Assembly: GCA_038087875.1 (NCBI GenBank)
Contig: CM075998.1
Coordinates: 1,552,001-1,611,883, forward strand
DNA: 59,883 nucleotides
DNA from: Malacoraja senta
Lineage: Eukaryota
Reading direction: 5' to 3'
Position 1 is the first letter of the stretch, and each line of letters starts with the position of its first letter. Positions 48,159-59,883 of this stretch are shown piece after piece. A model generated the notes under the pieces. It was given only the letters and a program-made list of their open reading frames with translations. It did no database searches and was not told the origin of the DNA. Made by a program: the position numbers and the translations under genes.

Positions 48159-50384
48159 CTTTAGAATAAATGAATGAAGTAAATTTTTTTCAAAAAGGAA
48201 CTCAGCGAGTTATGGGGTTATAATCTTTGAATGTTGAGAAATCTTATAGGTATATAACTAAGCTTGGAATAAATTCATCTCATACTTTAAAAAAAATGTT
48301 AGAAGACAGCCAATGGTAGCTTAGAATTTACTTGAATTTTATTTAAACAGTTCTGCTTGGGGACATAGTGTTCACCAAGAATGGCCAGGCAAGAAGACAA
48401 TTGCTAGTGTTTCCCCGCACTTAAACAAGAAAGAAAACACATTGAACTAATGAAAAAAATGTAAATTTTGAAATAATACCTGGAGTTGGGTGCTACAGAT
48501 TCATCATTTTGTAGTCTTTATGGCTGGACTACAATCTCCCTAAGCAACCGTAGACAATCGCATGTAAACAGTCCTTTGTGGTTTCCCTTATGCAAATTAG
48601 TTGGACCTGTTCTATGCTCTTAAACTTGTTCATAACATGCTACTTCCTGAAATAAATATGGTAAAGCTAACTCCGTGCTGACATCAGGTGGAACAATACC
48701 ACACCAGCAAGCCATACAACATGACAATGAGCAGAAGAATTTGTCCAGATTTATTTCAAGACAAAATAATACAGAAGCAGAATGATTGGCAAGATACAAT
48801 ATAGCACAATAATTAAACTTACAACATTGTCAAATTGGAGAAATTAAATCCTTGAAAACAGTGTCCTTTTTTCTTACAGCTCGTCTCAATAAGCCCTTAC
48901 AGAAATACAGCCATTGTCAGAATAGGTAGGATTTTTCTTTATGCCTTTATTGCCATGTTCCCTCACAGAGGAGAAGCAAATGAAAACTGAAGACCACAAG
49001 AAGGTTCCTGAATCATAAGTTGAAGTGGAATCATTCACCCAAAAGTATTAAGCAGATTTAAAAATACATTAAACAATGTTAATGGCTTGAAATGAATGGC
49101 TAGACAATATTCACTCTCCTATCTAGACTAGACTTAAACTCAGTAGCAGGTAAATTATATTTTTAGGTTGGTAGCATCCAGATGAATTTATACACTAAAC
49201 ACATGATAGTTTTTTTTGCCAGTCAAAAATGCTAAATAACCTCAATGTTTTTGCATTAACAAAGTCGAAGATGGTTGACTGATGTCACCATCCCACATAT
49301 ACCAGCCACAGAAAACAGGATGTTTCACACTACATCAACAGTTGCTTAATACTATTTAAAATCCAATTTACCTTATTTAAAATCAAAACTATTCCTATTC
49401 CCAACATTAAGTTGTGGCTTTCATCCAGGACCTTTCAGAGCTGTACTGATACTTTTCACATCGTTGTGCGCCCAGAAACAATGCACTGGCATTAAAGGGG
49501 CAATACATGTTGTGATTTAATTTTGACTTGCAGTCGAATACTGCTTACCACTCAATCCTTGCCTTTCCTTCCTTGCTACTTTTTGTTTTGAGTTCAATAT
49601 TCCCTTTCAACTATCATGTTTATCTTCTTTTAAAATGTTCAATTTATTTTCTGTGCCATCTGATTCTCTGCATCTTTTGCACCTTAATGCACATTAACAG
49701 AAAGACGATTGGGACACAAATCCTCTTGGCATGGTAAAACTGCACATTTTCATAGCGCAAAAAAAGCCCCCCAAAATATTATAAGCAGATATCTACATAA
49801 ATGAAGGTGCTGCATTGCAAAATAAAGGCTGGGATTGATAAAAGAGGAAGAGTTGTAACAGGAGCAAGAATTATAGTCATGTATAGGAGGAGCTGGAACA
49901 AGCTGGGGAAATCAAATGATTTCTCGGACATATCTCCAAAATAGCGTGTGTGTAGATGGACCCATGCGCAGGTGGGTGTTGAATGTGCTTGTGGGAAGAG
50001 TCATTCACGAAGGAGTACAAGACTCAACCAGAATTTCTCATGTTATTGTGAAACCTACTTTATTCTAAATGGGCATTTTCTGCGGCACAGACGTTTGAGG
50101 CTGCAGTGTTATATGCTTTTGATTGCTGCTTTTTGGTGAATATGAAATTTGCGCCACATGATGAGTCTTACAAATGCAATCTTGTCAGACGCTAAATCTT
50201 TTCCCACAGGTATGTGTGTGTCATGAAAGAAATCACAAACAAGAAAATAGGCTGACTTATGTATTTGGTATAAAATGTAATTGGAGTTAAAATCTATCCC
50301 CAAAATTTAGGGAGGTATTGAAGCCTGAAAACTCAACTAATGAGAGACCATAAAGTGGGGCTGAAGCAGACCGTAGTATAGAAA

Positions 50385-50490
50385 CCAGATGCTGGTTTTA
50401 CCATGGAAAGACAAAATGCTGCAGGAACTCAGCGGGTCAGGCGGCATCCCTGGAGAACATGCATAGGTGACCTTTCTGGTTGGGATGTTT
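50385..50490 (-). mobile_element. PLE-derived short repeat
   Basis: CAGATGCTGG...AAAATGCTGCAGGAACTCAGCGGGTCAGGCGGCATC. Confidence 0.6.
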
Positions 50491-53400
50491 TGGAGGTATC
50501 ATATATAATGAGCTATTTGATATTAGCGGGAGTATTCAGCACCCAATTTGAAACCTGGTTCAGAATGATGAAATGGAAAATTTATCTTTCTTCTGCCTAT
50601 GAAAGTTCTCCATGAAATAAGTTTGACCATCTCAACCAGTTTGGATCTACACCACAAATCTTTCCTAATTTTGTATTAAATAGCAGTTTGCAAAGAATGG
50701 CCACGTAGCCCCAACCCCTGACCAACTTTTATCCGAGTTGTCTACAGTATCAGGGTCCACAAGATCACATTTTTCAATTTGTATCGTGGTAGTACATTTT
50801 TTGTCAGTAAAACTCAAGTAATCCATATCCTTCAGAAATAATATGCTCCTGGAAAATAGGTTTGGCAGCTGTTGGTCATTGGCGGTCGTAACATTTCCAA
50901 GAGGCCAATAGACTTCTAACTACGCGAGGGGGTCAATAATGGGGAGCTGCTTTATATAGCCTCCCTCCAAGCATTATTCAAAACAAATACACTTCAATGA
51001 AATTTTAAGTCTTCCCCTATCCAATAATGTCCCTTAACATTTCTCAGCTAAAGGTGGAGCTGCAGTTGAGTGGTTTCTAGCAATTCATTTATAAAGTAAT
51101 AGCTGAACATTAATCTACCCTTCTCCGATAAGAGCAAATGGTACAAAAATAAGACGACCATGCATTAATAATTGAAAAAAATCACCTCACTATACATGCA
51201 CTGATCAACTTTTAGAAACCTGCATTTTTAAACTGCGTGTATGGAGGGTGGCTCTACAATTAGGCAACAACAATTTAATATAAGGCAGGTATTAAATAGA
51301 CAAATATGTTATTTTGTATGCAAGAGTCCAAAATTAATTGAAACTACCTGCAAGTCTTTCCCCCCCCCCACTCGTACACACATACACTTAAACCTTTCCA
51401 GCCACAAAATTCAAAGGCACGAACGTGCATATCTGCAATTCAAATGCCTCTAATGTCCAGACTAGCCTCCATTTACAGGATCGAGGTCAGACAATAATTT
51501 TTGTGCATCAATGTCTAATTAATGTTTGGAATAGCAAACTCAAAATGGCAAAAAAAGATAGAACCCAAAAAGATAAAAATGTGGCTTAATTATCATAATT
51601 CAGATATATGTATTTAACATAAATAATGGTGCATAAACACTCATTTTAATGCAGTAGTTTTACCCCATGCCCTCATCCCCCTTTGCATTAATCTACCACA
51701 ACTAGCATAGTAAAATGGCAATAATAATAGAATCCTAACAATTTCACAGGTGACAACTAACATGATTGAGAGTTACAAGAGAAAAGTCATTTTCATGACA
51801 ATATACCTCAAGCACTAGTTTTTAATTATTGAGTATCACAGCCACTTTGTCAGAAGTTAGCTATCTCTTAACCCCAGAAAATACTTTTAAGAAGCTACAT
51901 TACGGATATTTTAGTTAATGTTTGTTTAATCTTAGACAAGTTTCAGGGCACCTTTGATGTATAATTATCTACGACAAGTTGACTGACATTAGCTAAAAAC
52001 TTCGACCTTCACAGAATAAGCATCACAAATACATTTTACGCTTTAAATTCAAAGGCTGGGAACTGTCTTTCTTGTCTGGAAAGGTTTAATAATATTGTTC
52101 CCAACAATTCACAAGCAAACAAATATTCCCATTCGCCAAGTTCACACAAGGTAGTGCAATACTAGTTTGGGGGAGGATTTTCAGTATTAAGCAGTAGTTT
52201 GGCATATATTCAAAACATAAAACGCAAAAATATTTGTTCCGAAAGTGTACCTCTCAAGCAGTGACATTATGCGCCTTTGTGCAAACAAGCTCTGTCCCTG
52301 TCTCTGGTATGATTGCTTTCTTAAATGAAGCCAAGTGATCAGTTAACAAATAGAACTGGAACACACTAATACCGCCATATGATGATGCGGTATCTTGTGC
52401 ACAAAGTTGTGAATATTAGATAGCATTTTATTTCCTGTTATTTTGATTTGAAGGACAGTGTCTAAATTATTAGAACTGAATAGCGACAACACCAGATTTC
52501 ACTTAATCAGAATTGTCACTGCATACTTGCATTTATTCCAATGCAACTGTAGAATTACAAATTCTCATGACTTTTCCATTTCATGGCGTCTGGAGTCTGC
52601 TCATTTAACCAGCAAGTCCTGCTGTAATTTTAAAAGTTCTGAAATGTGGTTAGGTTGGTGATGGTAGTAGATGGACAGGGTGGGTGGAGTGGGAAGGCAA
52701 GGGAAAGACAGTAAACACAATAAGGATTGCAAGTTTTTCCTAGGGCTTGGGAGAACATTGCTCAATGCAAGCCAGGATTTGCAGATTGCCAAAAAAAAAA
52801 AAAAAATCAAAAGTGGATGCTGTAATGCGCATTTTTATTCATAAAAGGACAAGTGTCCATTTTGGACAAAACAGGGATAGCCTATATAATTTTCTTTCAT
52901 TACATGCCAGCCACACTGTTTTCAAGGCAACACAACTAAGAAAAGGTACTGCAGTTTTGTATCATTAGATTTCCGGGTAATTCCAGAATTCCTTAGCAAT
53001 AGTTTATATTAGTGCCTCAGACATGTTAGAAGCTGTTCCAACTGACTCAGTGACAGCTTGGAACGTTAAAGTCTGTTCAGCTCAATCCAAAGGCAGCATG
53101 GACATTACCATTCTGATCCCATGTACACTAACCTAGATCACCATTAAAAGGTTTGTGGTAACTCACTTAAGCTGAACATATTGTCATTAAACTTCTGTCT
53201 TGTAAATTACTTTTTACAAAAAGTGTGTTCAGAAACTTATTCCTCAGCAAACTACTCAGATTTTGCAAATTATATTTATTTTCTATGATGGTGACCTATG
53301 TTGAACAACTACTTGGCACTAGCTCTTCAATGCCTCTTCCAACTAACACATATACCCAAGTTAACTTAGCTATTGTTGCTAACATCAAGAAAAATGTTTC

Positions 53401-53633
53401 CAGCAAAAATTCATTTGATGCTTCTTGTGTAGCCTAGTCAACTTGTCAAAAAAACTTGGTATGTAGCTTGACTGGATATTTTGAAGCATAAAACATTATT
53501 TTGGGATTTGAATATTCCAAGAATATTTTCCCCACCCTTCCCCCAGCTTCATTCAAAGTCACAGGAGAAAGGAGTTAAACATAGAGGATCAGTGCTGAGA
53601 TGTAAAGAATTATTTTGCAATTTTAGAAGCCAT

Positions 53634-54482
53634 TTACTCCCAAAGTCCCCTTGTCTTAACTCCTGGAGAAGTGCAGTGACCAAATCTCCCGGTTGTTGTT
53701 GACGTTGTTGTGGGCAGAGCGTTCAGCATTGCGGCCTTGATCTGGTTGCGGAGAAATGCATTCTGCTCCAAAAGGACCTCATTGTTGCCCATCAAATTTG
53801 ACACCTGTTTCTTGAGTTCCTCATTTCGGTTTCGCAACATAATGTTCTCCTCCTCCAGGTATCCAGAGTCAACCGCTCGCCGACTTGTGAGATCATATTC
53901 ATAGACTTCAAACTCAAACCCTTCCAACTTTCTCCTCTTCAAGCGGTGGTCGTACTCATAGCAATTGATACCACTATCATTATCCAATCGCTCGTATCTA
54001 CGTACCGGCTGAGAAATTGGAGGATCTCGAGTCAGCTTGGTTTCAGGTTCTAAATTGTCACGTTTGAAATGCCGGAACCTACACTTCGAGCCTCTTTGAC
54101 AGTCACCTTTAAGGTAGTCACGGCATACTGGGATCTCACCTTTATCAGCAGGCAGGTCAGAAACTGAGAGACCATAGGTTTCAGCTACCTTCGAGCGCAA
54201 ATGCAAGGGAAGTTCCCCAGTTTTTTTGTAGTATTCCTCATCCTCTACTGTCCCATGTATGAATGTGCACTTTGCACGGGTACATACATTATTCATAAAA
54301 TAATGACAGAAGACAAACTCATTCTTTTTCACACCTAGGTCATGTACCTCATTTATATCCGGATGGAGGTACTTGCAGGTCTTGCCGCGATAGCAGACAT
54401 TGCGCAGGTAGTCCCGACAAACATCTTCCGTGCTCTGGCCAGCCTCGTCTTTGCCATTGTTAATAACATTATTGTCTGCCAT
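53634..54482 (-). CDS. ZC3H10: Zinc finger CCCH domain-containing protein 10 (282 aa, single coding exon)
   Basis: Three CCCH fingers (CRDYLRNVC, CHYFMNNVC, CRDYLKGDC), YKKTGELP linker, coiled coil LEEEN..ELKKQVSNL..NEVLLEQNA; good Kozak AAAATGG. Confidence 0.95.
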   Translation of the reverse strand: MADNNVINNGKDEAGQSTEDVCRDYLRNVCYRGKTCKYLHPDINEVHDLGVKKNEFVFCHYFMNNVCTRAKCTFIHGTVEDEEYYKKTGELPLHLRSKVAETYGLSVSDLPADKGEIPVCRDYLKGDCQRGSKCRFRHFKRDNLEPETKLTRDPPISQPVRRYERLDNDSGINCYEYDHRLKRRKLEGFEFEVYEYDLTSRRAVDSGYLEEENIMLRNRNEELKKQVSNLMGNNEVLLEQNAFLRNQIKAAMLNALPTTTSTTTGRFGHCTSPGVKTRGLWE

Positions 54483-54535
54483 TTTTACCGATTATTTCAG
54501 CGCTGCTCAACAAACAACTGCAAAAGAAAAATGAA
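54483..54535 (-). other. ZC3H10: ZC3H10 5' UTR piece and splice acceptor (exon starts at 54517)
   Basis: Minus strand CATTTTTCTTTTGCAG|TTG, 35 nt before the ATG; implies upstream non-coding exon(s). Confidence 0.75.
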
Positions 54536-57500
54536 TCATGTCAGAGACAATAGGACCGACCACAAAAGTGTGGGTCATCTTCGCATCCCACCCTCGACCA
54601 CACCAAAAACCCAAAGATGACTTAATTGAAAATACACAAATTGCAAGCACTTTTTATGCAAGTTAGCTGCCTTGTTTTGTAAAAGCATGAGCATTAAGGT
54701 GTTTGCACGAAGCTTCAACATCAAATTTATTAGCCATTTTGAGCAGCACCAAGTTTTTTCTATAAAATCAGAATGTGAACTCAGTTTCATTTATTATGCA
54801 GCAGGTTTTTGTATTTGATACGAGAAAATTGCAGTTAGAAAGAAGCGTGATATTTTCGACCATTTTAAGCTTTAGAATACTGGCCTCTCAATCGTCTAGA
54901 AAACCAATTTGTTATTAAAAACCATTCTTATCAGGACCATTTTATTGAAGTTTGCCCCCCATTTCCCAAGTAGGTTAGAAGATCCAAGAGTACAAACGTA
55001 ACTAAGTTTTAATTGCAGCACTTTATTTTTAAGGTTCAAATGTATTAGATAAAATGTTCTATTTAGGTAGGAACAGCAGAGAATGGGAACAAAAGAGGTT
55101 ATAAATGAAAAGCTATGTTTTTTCTTTTTGATTTTGATTCTGTTAGGGATTTATTTTTGCGAGTTACACGTGCAAATTTTATTAACAGTTAATTATCCTT
55201 TCTAGTATAATATTACAGTTTACCTCATCAACATAATTCCAAACTGAAAGTGCAGGGGGAGGCACGCAGTGAGCTTGGGCAGCCTGAAATTTACCCAGGA
55301 TATACATAGTATTATGTTTTAAACTATTGCCATAAAATTCATAACTAAGACAGTGCCTTTTTTATATATGGATTTTCTTCCTCCATTTCCCCACAGAGAA
55401 GAAATCTCTCATGCTTCTCTGAAAGGTAAATATTTCAAGAAAACTGGAATTAAATTAATGACCTAATTCTACTTTGCACAAAGTAATTTGTGGTTAATAC
55501 TGATGCCCAGGGGCAATGTGCCAACAGACTGACACTTAATTGTACGGAGTTTCTGCAAATAACTGACAACAACCTTAACATTTCCACAACTTTTATCTGG
55601 CAGACACCTGTTGGTTTGCTATGCTATGCAATATAAAAGTAAATAAATAATCTTTGAGAATAATCATTTAATTACTGAAACTTTTTGTGACCAAAAGGAA
55701 TGCCGATAGAAAAGCTGAATAAACAAGAGCTCTCAACTCTTCTCCACAAATACACATTTTGATAGTTGGAAAACATTTTCAGACTGGAGGTTTGATTTTC
55801 TTTCATTTTTTTCAGGAGAAAAAAATTATTTGTTTGACCTCAGTGTGTAATATATCCACAATAGAAACTGTAATATTTTCCTATAACCTAGCTGGCAAAA
55901 TAATTCTTCGCATCATAAAGTAACTGCTGAACGGAAGAAAATATAGCCTAATATGGTGCCTTTCCTATAGTTATCATCAGCCAATTTGCACATAAAGTCT
56001 AACAGCAAAGATGTTTAATGGCCAACTAATCTCATTTTGCTAGACTTTGATGAAAGTTAAATATTGACTATGATGTTTAGATAACTCAATGTCAGAGTCA
56101 ACGTTAGAGGGATAGCGTCTTTTACTCCCAGAACAGGTGGAGAGGCCTATAATTTAATATAGAAACCAAAGGCTGCTTTTCTGACTATTTAATACTCCCC
56201 AAGTTCAGCACTGCAGTGCCAATCTGAATTGATTTTAAGTCTGCGCATAGGGCTCAATACCACATTCATGTCTCCACTGTGATCCATATATGTATCATTT
56301 GTAATTCCAAAAGACCCACCATTTAGGGAGGGTAGAGAAGCACTAAGAAATTATCAGGATTTTGTAAATAATTCAGCCCAGCACTGGGGTGAATTGAAGC
56401 ATGTTCCTAAACAGCTGCACATTTTATTGCAAAATATAGAAAGGTAGTAAATAAGCACAAATAAATAAATGCTTTACACAGAAGGGAGCATTTAGATTTA
56501 GTGACTGAATTTAATGCAAAAAAGGGGGATAAATTCACAAACTCTTGATCCAGGGAAGCACACATTCAAAGCGCAACCTGCAGAGTTGTAGGCCTAGTTC
56601 CAACTGTGCTCTCTGCCAAAAACATTGAACTTATTCTCATATTTTACTACCAGTGACATTAATATCTTTCTCAGATATAACATATAGCAAACTTTTACCA
56701 GGATGATGCATTGTTTGCTTTTCCACTAACTGATGGATTATCATTTCTAAAGAGGGCACTCTCTCTCTCTCAACTGCAAGAGAATTGTTAGAATTGTTCC
56801 ATTTTTTTGCGCATCATGCTATCAAGAACAAGCACTGCTTTTGCTCATAGCCGCTGATGCAGATGTTAGTTACTTGCCAGTCGATTGCTATAAATTAATA
56901 TTTTGTTTTGCGCACAGCCGATGCTATTCAGAATTGGCACTGTTTTGCTCTTTGCCGCTAGCACATACCTTTTTAGCCATTTGCCACCAAAAAGGATATT
57001 GCATCCAATTTAAGTAGAAATATTGTTGTTGAACTAAAAGCACCAGCTCCAGAAATGCAGCATAATCCATATGAACTGCTACCTCTATGGTCTTCTAAGT
57101 ATTCATTCCTGGGAGATTCTGAAAATACCCAATTGTAGGCTTGTGTTTAAAACAAGCACTTTTATCCCTGACGATAGCACTTTTATTCCTGAAGATAGCA
57201 TAGCGTTGAAGTCAGGAATGTGCATTAAATGCTGGTCATGGCAACAACACCCACATCTCATGAGTTTTAATAAAAGGGAAACAAATAGAGAGGACAGAAC
57301 AGCGAGCAAAGTAACAACAGTGGGAATCAAGCTTGAACAGAATCTGAAGAAACCCCCACGAGGACAGTGGTTTTTATTATTTTGTTCCATTTGCTTCTTT
57401 TGCGCAAATATTCAGTGCACATGCGAGCAGAAACTAGATAAAAGCCTAAATTTGTTGGGGGGTTTTATTCAAATATAATGCCAAAACTAGGAACTTAAAT

Positions 57501-59883
57501 TTAGTATATTGTTTACATAGCACAAAAAATAATAATATTTGTATTATATTCCCAAGTACTGAACATTGTATTTTGACAAATTGAATCAAAATTTTAACTC
57601 CTCAAGATCACTAGTTTGAGTTTATTCAACATCAAGCATGGACCTCATCTTAAATAATAATGAATAGAACCCACCATAATCCGAGGAGACAAAGTTTAGG
57701 GAAGGCAAAAAAGCTGCAACTGGCCATAAAGGATCAGGTGTACTGAGAGAAAAACAAAACCAGAATTATTTGTGAGTTGCTGTGTTTTCAACTCACCAAA
57801 GCTAAAAAGAATTCTGACATGAGCTATTCATAATTACTATTCAGTAATTGGAACATTTCAGCCATATCCGTTTACCATTTTGAACAGATAAACGGTTATG
57901 TGTCATGCTTAAATGGAAAGATTGCATCATTGTTCTTTTTTAATAAATTATGCACAAGAAAAAACACATTCTTGATTACAAAAATTCTTAACATATCATT
58001 AAAAAAACCAAATACGACATGTGCATCGGCAGTTCATCTTGTATCAGGCGCCAATAGCCCACAAAAAATAAAAAGCAATATGTTTAAAGTTATAATAAAC
58101 TGCCGAAGCACAGAATATCATATATCTCAATAAGTCTGTACCCATATATCTTTGCTCGTCACCCAGTCTCTCTTCACTTTTTTGCTTGTTCTCCATAATA
58201 TTAAAAATCTCACTGAAAGTTCCATTTACTCGATTACTTTTGATTCTTTTGTGTAATTAAATCTATCCTTCCTCACTGGGACTGGTTACATCTCCTCAAT
58301 CTCCCCCAAGAACAAGTCTTTAGTCATAACTATGTTTCCTCAACCTGTGTAACCTTCTGACAGATATGTTTTTCTTCTTTACTTTCATTAAATGTGATGT
58401 GAAAAATTGTACCGATCCTCTTTTTGAATAAGCTCTTGCAAAAGTTTAACATCACATTCTGGTCAACACCTCAAGGTTTAAAACCATTTGCTTTTTGTTT
58501 TAAAGGCTTTATTCACTTGCACTACCACCTTCAATAATCTGTGTACAAACTCATCAAGATTCATATGTTCCTCCACAATCTTTAAAATGTATGGTCCTTC
58601 CCATTTTTTATTTTAAAAAGTAATATTTCATATTTTCTATGTCATAAGTTAACTGCAAAATGTATGCCCACCTTCTATCACATGTTGTTTTGCAGTCCTT
58701 CATTGGTTACTGAACAGAAATAATGGGACAAATCTAAACAAGCCATTCATCTAAAAGCTTTGGTACATGACAATAAACTAAACTAGAAGCACGCCATTAG
58801 AGGACAAGGCCACTGAAATTTGGTTGTTATGTAATATTTAAAAAATCAGATGTACTACTAAATAAATTATTACATTTAAAATAACCCACATTTAGTTTTT
58901 CAATAGAATAAAAAGCAACTCGGGTCTCTCATCATGGACTATCCAGGACTCACCAGCAATTGCCTGTATTACTCATTCTGTACGAGCGAGGCAAACCAAA
59001 AACTCAAAATAGATGTTGAATGAGACATAACATTTTGAACCTCTTAAAAATGCAGTGTCACAAAATTGAAAATTCCACTTACTTTCTTACAAAGTTCTGA
59101 GAACTGCTCTGTGAATGCTCCATTGGACCTAATTTTCATAGTAATAAAATGACATGTTATACCATCTAGGTATTTAACGGTCTTAATAATCTATTTGAAA
59201 CATAGCATAGCACATTCCAAAATAAATAAGTAGTGTTACCTACGTTGTTTGGTCTTTCATTCTTCAAATAACAGTATCCTCCTTATTCCTCAGGAGCGAG
59301 TCCAGGTTACCTACATGGACGCAATCCCTTCTGATGTTTCATTTTGGTGATGTTGCCCATGAACTTTTCCCTTTCAGCACACTAGTGGCACCATTCATTT
59401 GATGCATACATTTTTCACAGTAACCAGAACAAAGTGTAATAAACAATAGCAATATATCATTGAAATCTGGTGTTAAATCAACCATGTGGTTCATTATTTA
59501 CAATGGCTGCAAGTCTGAGGAATGAGCATAATGAAAAACTCATCACATTTCACAAAATATTGCAAGCAGGCATTCTTGACCAAAAGGAAAACAGGGTAGA
59601 TGGCAAATTCAAAGATGAAGAAATCAGTTCTAGTAAACTGCAGCACCACACTGGGCAACAATGAAAAAGCATTAATGCATAGGTAAAGATGTGGTATATA
59701 CATTACTGGAAAATAAAACCGTACAAATGCTATTCCTCAACTGGATGCCAGAAGTTTCTTAGAAAGGAATAAGCCATGATGAAATTCATTGGCTGATAAA
59801 ATCATCAGCGTTGCATCAGTCCTAAATCTTGGAATGTCCTACCCAACAGTACTGAACAGGAACTGCAATGGTTCACAGTTGTG

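Noticed and set aside
48300..53633. Defined ZC3H10 poly(A) site
   Set aside because: Many minus-strand AATAAA candidates in AT-rich sequence; cannot choose without transcript data.
54600..59883. RPL41 or PA2G4 exons expected from human synteny
   Set aside because: No Arg/Lys-rich RPL41 coding sequence or PA2G4 motif seen. A possible donor near 59240 has no supporting evidence.
1..59883. CRISPR arrays, operons or other prokaryotic systems
   Set aside because: Sequence is clearly vertebrate. Recurrent short repeats are dispersed transposon copies, not regularly spaced arrays.

Overview
Vertebrate nuclear DNA, most likely elasmobranch (skate/ray-like), judged from HE1-type V-SINEs, CR1 LINEs and Penelope-derived repeats. 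Two host genes lie in tandem on the minus strand, in the order known from human 12q13: a single-coding-exon ZC3H10 (53634-54482) and, downstream, the TATA/Inr promoter and first coding exon of an extended synaptotagmin, probably ESYT1 (31114-31440). No further ESYT exon was found, so 1-31113 appears to be intron 1. The rest is rich in transposable elements: a near full-length decayed CR1 with an SGNH-esterase ORF1, a complete Gypsy (Mag-like) LTR element that is nested in one CR1 and hit by another, RTE, L1, L2 and Nimb-like fragments, Tc1, hAT and Harbinger MITEs, SINEs, and many Penelope-derived short repeats. Most notable are the minimal hammerhead-ribozyme motifs in these Penelope repeats (including a head-to-head palindrome inside a Harbinger-like MITE), a chain of candidate non-coding exons between ZC3H10 and ESYT1, and a C-terminally short ZC3H10. 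Family names come from motif recognition only; no searches were run. Boundaries of decayed repeats are approximate.
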